NCBI GenBank assembly: GCA_963725065.1
Contig: CAVRXD010000041.1
Location: 12,185 to 76,184 of the forward strand
From: an uncultured Alphaproteobacteria bacterium
Lineage (GTDB): Bacteria > Pseudomonadota > Alphaproteobacteria > Rhizobiales > Xanthobacteraceae
Direction: 5' to 3'
DNA length: 64,000 bases
Position numbers and translations under genes: made by a program. Positions 61,040 to 64,000 of the stretch are shown here, in pieces. The notes under the pieces were generated by a model. It saw only the letters and a list, made by a program, of their open reading frames with translations, ran no database searches and had not been told where the DNA came from. How positions within the stretch are numbered: the first letter of the stretch is position 1; each line of letters starts with the position of its first letter.

Positions 61040-61240
61040 TCAGCGGCTGGCGGAGGGAGAACTCCCGTCCTGCTCCAGAACCGCGACGCATGTCTTTATG
61101 CACTCGTCACAGATATACACGGACGGACCAGCCACAAGCCGCTCGACCTGATCGCTGTTTCGGCCGCAGAATGAACAGCGCAGTCGGGCTGGCGAGCGTA
61201 GCCACTGCGCCAGCGTTCCGAGCTTCGCCAACCTTCCCAT
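61040..61240 (-). CDS. stand-alone ClpX-type C4 zinc-finger (ZBD-only) mini-protein
   Basis: 66 aa from [66 protein letters not shown]. The segment [30 protein letters not shown] aligns residue-for-residue with the ClpX N-terminus in this window ([30 protein letters not shown]). The stop lies 17 nt before the clpP ATG. The start could alternatively be the GTG at 61294. Confidence 0.65.
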   Translation of the reverse strand: MGRLAKLGTLAQWLRSPARLRCSFCGRNSDQVERLVAGPSVYICDECIKTCVAVLEQDGSSPSASR

Positions 61241-61348
61241 AGCCTTTTTCCACGATTCGCGCGGGCAAAACAGCCCGTGCGCGTTTTCCGGCACTCCACG
61301 TGCGGCAATCGCGACGGCGGCGCACGAACACCGGGAAACGGGCCGACG

Positions 61349-61423
61349 CTAGTGTCCCGATTCCGAAGTTCGCCTCATTGTGCGGCACGCTCGCTAGCGA
61401 ACTTCGGAATCGAAGGACACTAG
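61349..61423. repeat. 75-nt imperfect palindromic element bounded by CTAGTGT...ACACTAG (copy A)
   Basis: CTAGTGTCCCGATTCCGAAGTTCGC - 23-nt loop - GCGAACTTCGGAATCGAAGGACACTAG. The arms are complementary apart from a 2-nt bulge. Confidence 0.7.
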
Positions 61424-61435
61424 CAACTTATTGAC

Positions 61436-61512
61436 CTAGTGTGGCTTTGGTTCAGAAGTCCGCATTCGAACTTGCCGCGGAAATGATGCGGACTTCTGAA
61501 CCGCCACACTAG
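61436..61512. repeat. 77-nt imperfect palindromic element bounded by CTAGTGT...ACACTAG (copy B); contains the tig stop codon
   Basis: CTAGTGTGGCTTTGGTTCAGAAGTCCGCAT - 20-nt loop - ATGCGGACTTCTGAACCGCCACACTAG. It shares the CTAGTGT termini and a TTC(A/C)GAAGT(C/T)CGC core with copy A. It probably also acts as the tig terminator hairpin. Confidence 0.7.
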
Positions 61513-62874
61513 CCGGCCGCGCTCTTTTCGTCCTCGTCGTCCTTGAGGAGCTCCTCGCGCGAGACCTGCTTCTCGCTGACGGTGGCAAGCTCAAGCAGGA
61601 AATCGACCACCTTCTCCTCGAAGATCGGCGCCCGTATCGATGCCAGCGCACCGGGATTCTTCTGATAGAATTCCCACACCTCCTGCTCCCGGCCCGGCAC
61701 CTGGCGGGCGCGCTCGACGATGGCGCGCGTGATTTCCTCGTCGGTCACCGCGATCTTGTTGCGCTCGCCGATCTCGGCAAGCACGAGACCCAGCCGAACC
61801 CGCCGCTCGGCGATGCCGCGATATTCCTCCCGCGCCTTCTCCTCGGTCGTGCCTTCGTCCTCAAAGCTGCGGCCCTGGCCCTTGAGATCGCTGTCGACCG
61901 CGTTCCAGACGTTCTTGAACTCCTCCTCGGCCAGGGTCGGAGGAAGCGCGAACTGATGCATCTCGTCGAGCTTATCAAGAAGCTGGCGCTTGACCCGCTG
62001 GCGGCTGAGCCCGGCGTGCTCCTGCTGCACGCGCGCTTTGACAGCCTCCTTGAGCTTATCGAGCGATTCCAGGCCGAGCTGCTTGGCAAAGGCATCGTCG
62101 ACCGTGACGGCGGCCGGCGCCTCGACTGTTTTCGCAGTCACTTTGAACTCGGCGTCTTTGCCGGCGAGCTGCGCATTCATGTAGTTGCTGGGAAAGGTGA
62201 CCTTCACCTGCCGCGTCTCGCCCGCAGCCATGCCGATGAGCTGATCTTCGAAGCCCGGAATGAAGGTCCCGGATCCTACATTGACGCCGACATCGCCGCC
62301 GGTGCCGCCCTCGAACGGCACGCCCTCGAGCGTGCCGGTGAAGTCGATGACGACCCGATCGCCCTTTTCGACCTTGCCGCCCTCCCCCCTGGCCGTGAAC
62401 GGCCGGTTTTGCTCGGCGATCCGGTCGAGCGCTTCGCTGACCTGGACGTCCGTCACTTCCGCCACCGGACGCTCGAGCTTGATGCCCTTGAAATCGGCGA
62501 GCTCGATCTTCGGCAGCACCTCCACCGCCAGCGTGTAGGCGAGAATCCGACTGCCCGCCGATGACCTTCTCGACCTCGGTCTCCTCGTTCGGGATCGTGA
62601 CCTTGGGCTCCATCGCGAGCTTGAGACCATGATCGGTGACGACCTTGGCGTTGAGCTCGCGAATGAGCGCTTCGATGGTCTCCGCCATCACGGCCTTGCC
62701 GTAGATCTTGCGCAGGTGCGCCATCGGCACCTTGCCCGGCCGGAAGCCGCGCAACTGCACGCGGTCCTTGAGTTCGCCCAGGCGCTCGGTGAGCCGCGCC
62801 TCCAGATCGGCGGCCGGCACTTGGATCTGAAATTCGCGCTTGAGGCCGTCGGAGAGAGTTTCTGTGATTTCCAT
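61509..62874 (-). pseudogene. tig: trigger factor, interrupted by a 1-nt frameshift
   Basis: The N-terminus ([62 protein letters not shown]) is in the ORF 62056..62874 frame. The rest (..[26 protein letters not shown].. to the C-terminus) is in the ORF 61509..62630 frame. The junction reads CAG TCG GAT T CTC GCC TAC, with the extra T near plus-strand 62544-62547. Confidence 0.8.
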
Positions 62875-62958
62875 GATGACAATCTACATGTTCTGGCCGC
62901 GAGCGCGGCGGCGATCCCTTGGACTTGATCTTCGGCCGAGGTGCCTTCTGATCCGGCG

Positions 62959-63043
62959 TGGTGCGGGCGGAGGGACTCGAACCCCCACGACTTTCGCCAC
63001 GGGAACCTAAATCCCGCGCGTCTACCAGTTCCGCCACGCCCGC
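62959..63043 (-). tRNA. tRNA-Leu (anticodon TAG)
   Basis: The minus strand reads GCGGGCG TG GCG GAACTGGTAGA CGC G CGGGA TTTAGGT TCCCG TGGCGAAAGTCGT GGGGG TTCGAGT CCCTC CGCCCGC A CCA. It has the long variable arm typical of tRNA-Leu. The ends were cross-checked against the ORF track frame. Confidence 0.95.
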
Positions 63044-63358
63044 AAAGGGCACCTTCAGCGCCCAACCGGTGTCGAGTTTAGCCGATATCGGCGCATGACT
63101 TCGCGCAAATCGGCTAGAGCCGACGTGCGTCGCGGCCGAGCGGCGCGGCTTATATCACGCCAAAAACACGCGGCACACGACAAATTTGGTCTCGGAAGAC
63201 CCGTTTTGATCCCGGGTCGATCCCGGCGTCGGGCCCGCGCATGAGGTCGCATGCCGACACGGCGCCGCCATGATATATCTGGCCGCGGGGCTGCCCTCCA
63301 GCGCCATGCGCGTACCCAGCAAACCGTACCCTAGAAACCGTACATACGAGAACCCCAC

Positions 63359-64000
63359 ATGATGAGAACGAGAACGTCTCGCTGGTGGCTTGCCGCGGCC
63401 ATCGCGCTTGCCGGCCTGCCCGGTGCCTGGACGCCCGCGTGGGCGCAGTCGTCCACGTCGTCCACCCAGGCTTGGCCGACCAAGCCGATCCGCCTGATCG
63501 TCCCCCTGACCCCCGGCAGTGCGACCGACGTGATGTCGCGCGTGGTGATGGATCAGGTCTCGGCGCAGCTCGGGCAGCCGGTCATCGTCGAAAATCGTCC
63601 CGGCGCCGGCAACACCATCGGCATGGCCGCGGTCGCGAAGGCGGAGCCGGACGGCTACACCGTTCTCGCCAATTCCTCGACCCACACCGTGACTCCGGCG
63701 ACCCGCTCGAATCTGGGGTTCGAGATGACCGACCTCGCGCCCATCGTCCCGCTCGGCAACATGCCGGTCGTAATGGTGTTCAATCCGTCGAAGGGCTACA
63801 AAAAGCTCAGCGACTTCGTCGCGGCGGCGAAGGCAAAGCCGGGCTCGGTCAACTACGCGTCGGCGGGCGCCGGAAATTCGTCGCATCTCAACGGTGAGCG
63901 ATTTCGCCTCGCCGCCGGCTTCGAGGCGGTGCATCTGCCGTTCAAGGGCGCTCCGGAAGCGATGACCGAAGTCCTCGCCGGGCGCGCCGACTTCTACTTC
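63359..64000 (+). CDS. Bug-family (TctC-like) solute-binding protein, 3' end outside window
   Basis: It is absent from the ORF track because no stop is reached. My own translation from ATG 63359 is MMRTRTSRWWLAAAIALAGLPGAWTPAWAQ (signal peptide), then ..WPTKPIRLIVPLTPGSATDVMSRV..ENRPGAGNTIG..EPDGYTVLA..NYASAGAGNSSHL.. Confidence 0.8.
   Translation, partial: MMRTRTSRWWLAAAIALAGLPGAWTPAWAQSSTSSTQAWPTKPIRLIVPLTPGSATDVMSRVVMDQVSAQLGQPVIVENRPGAGNTIGMAAVAKAEPDGYTVLANSSTHTVTPATRSNLGFEMTDLAPIVPLGNMPVVMVFNPSKGYKKLSDFVAAAKAKPGSVNYASAGAGNSSHLNGERFRLAAGFEAVHLPFKGAPEAMTEVLAGRADFYF

Noticed and set aside
1-64000. CRISPR arrays, IS elements or transposases, integrases, prophage genes, toxin-antitoxin pairs, restriction-modification or other known defence modules.
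   Set aside because: I saw no repeat-spacer periodicity, no transposase-, integrase- or phage-like ORF in any frame, and no tRNA-adjacent island. The three tRNA genes are flanked by ordinary housekeeping or Bug genes. The window is core chromosome.

Overview
This is a high-GC (roughly 65% by eye) alphaproteobacterial chromosomal core segment. Gene order and families (LpxI, DUF3551, DUF1467, many Bug/TctC paralogs) suggest a Rhizobiales/Bradyrhizobiaceae-like organism, but the taxon is inference only. Almost all genes lie on the minus strand and are tightly packed, with many ATGA/GTGA overlaps. From left to right the window holds: the gltA 3' end; the envelope/translation block lpxB-lpxI-lpxA-fabZ-lpxD-bamA-rseP-dxr-cdsA-uppS-frr-pyrH-tsf-rpsB; a Bug solute-binding protein plus an NHL beta-propeller; dnaE; a DUF3551 gene; an orphan ABC solute-binding protein; lolD-lolC/E; proS; a second DUF3551 gene; DUF1467-mce; two tandem Bug genes; rnj-birA; the complete nuoA-N operon; a BKACE enzyme; a frameshifted MFS transporter; a CxxCH-containing beta-propeller protein; tRNA-Asp; an HU gene; tRNA-Val; another Bug gene; a small secreted protein; lon-clpX-clpP; a frameshifted tig; tRNA-Leu; and a fifth, truncated Bug gene. 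I saw no CRISPR array, IS element, prophage or recognisable defence system. The items most worth a second look: (1) twin alphaproteobacterial LexA-type boxes (GAAC-N7-GAAC / GTTC-N7-GTTC) overlapping a promoter for an unannotated 32-codon hydrophobic ORF directly upstream of dnaE (SidA/TisB-like logic), with a second twin-box locus upstream of a monocistronic secreted protein; (2) a stand-alone ClpX zinc-binding-domain mini-protein encoded 17 nt upstream of clpP; (3) extra ORFs wedged exactly into the gaps of the nuo operon; (4) two tandem CTAGTGT-bounded palindromic elements between tig and the clp genes; (5) an orphan intrinsic terminator that may mark an sRNA; (6) single-nucleotide frameshifts in tig and in an MFS gene, both at A/T runs. 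CDS coordinates come from the supplied ORF track plus codon counting to the most plausible internal start. Nothing was searched against databases.
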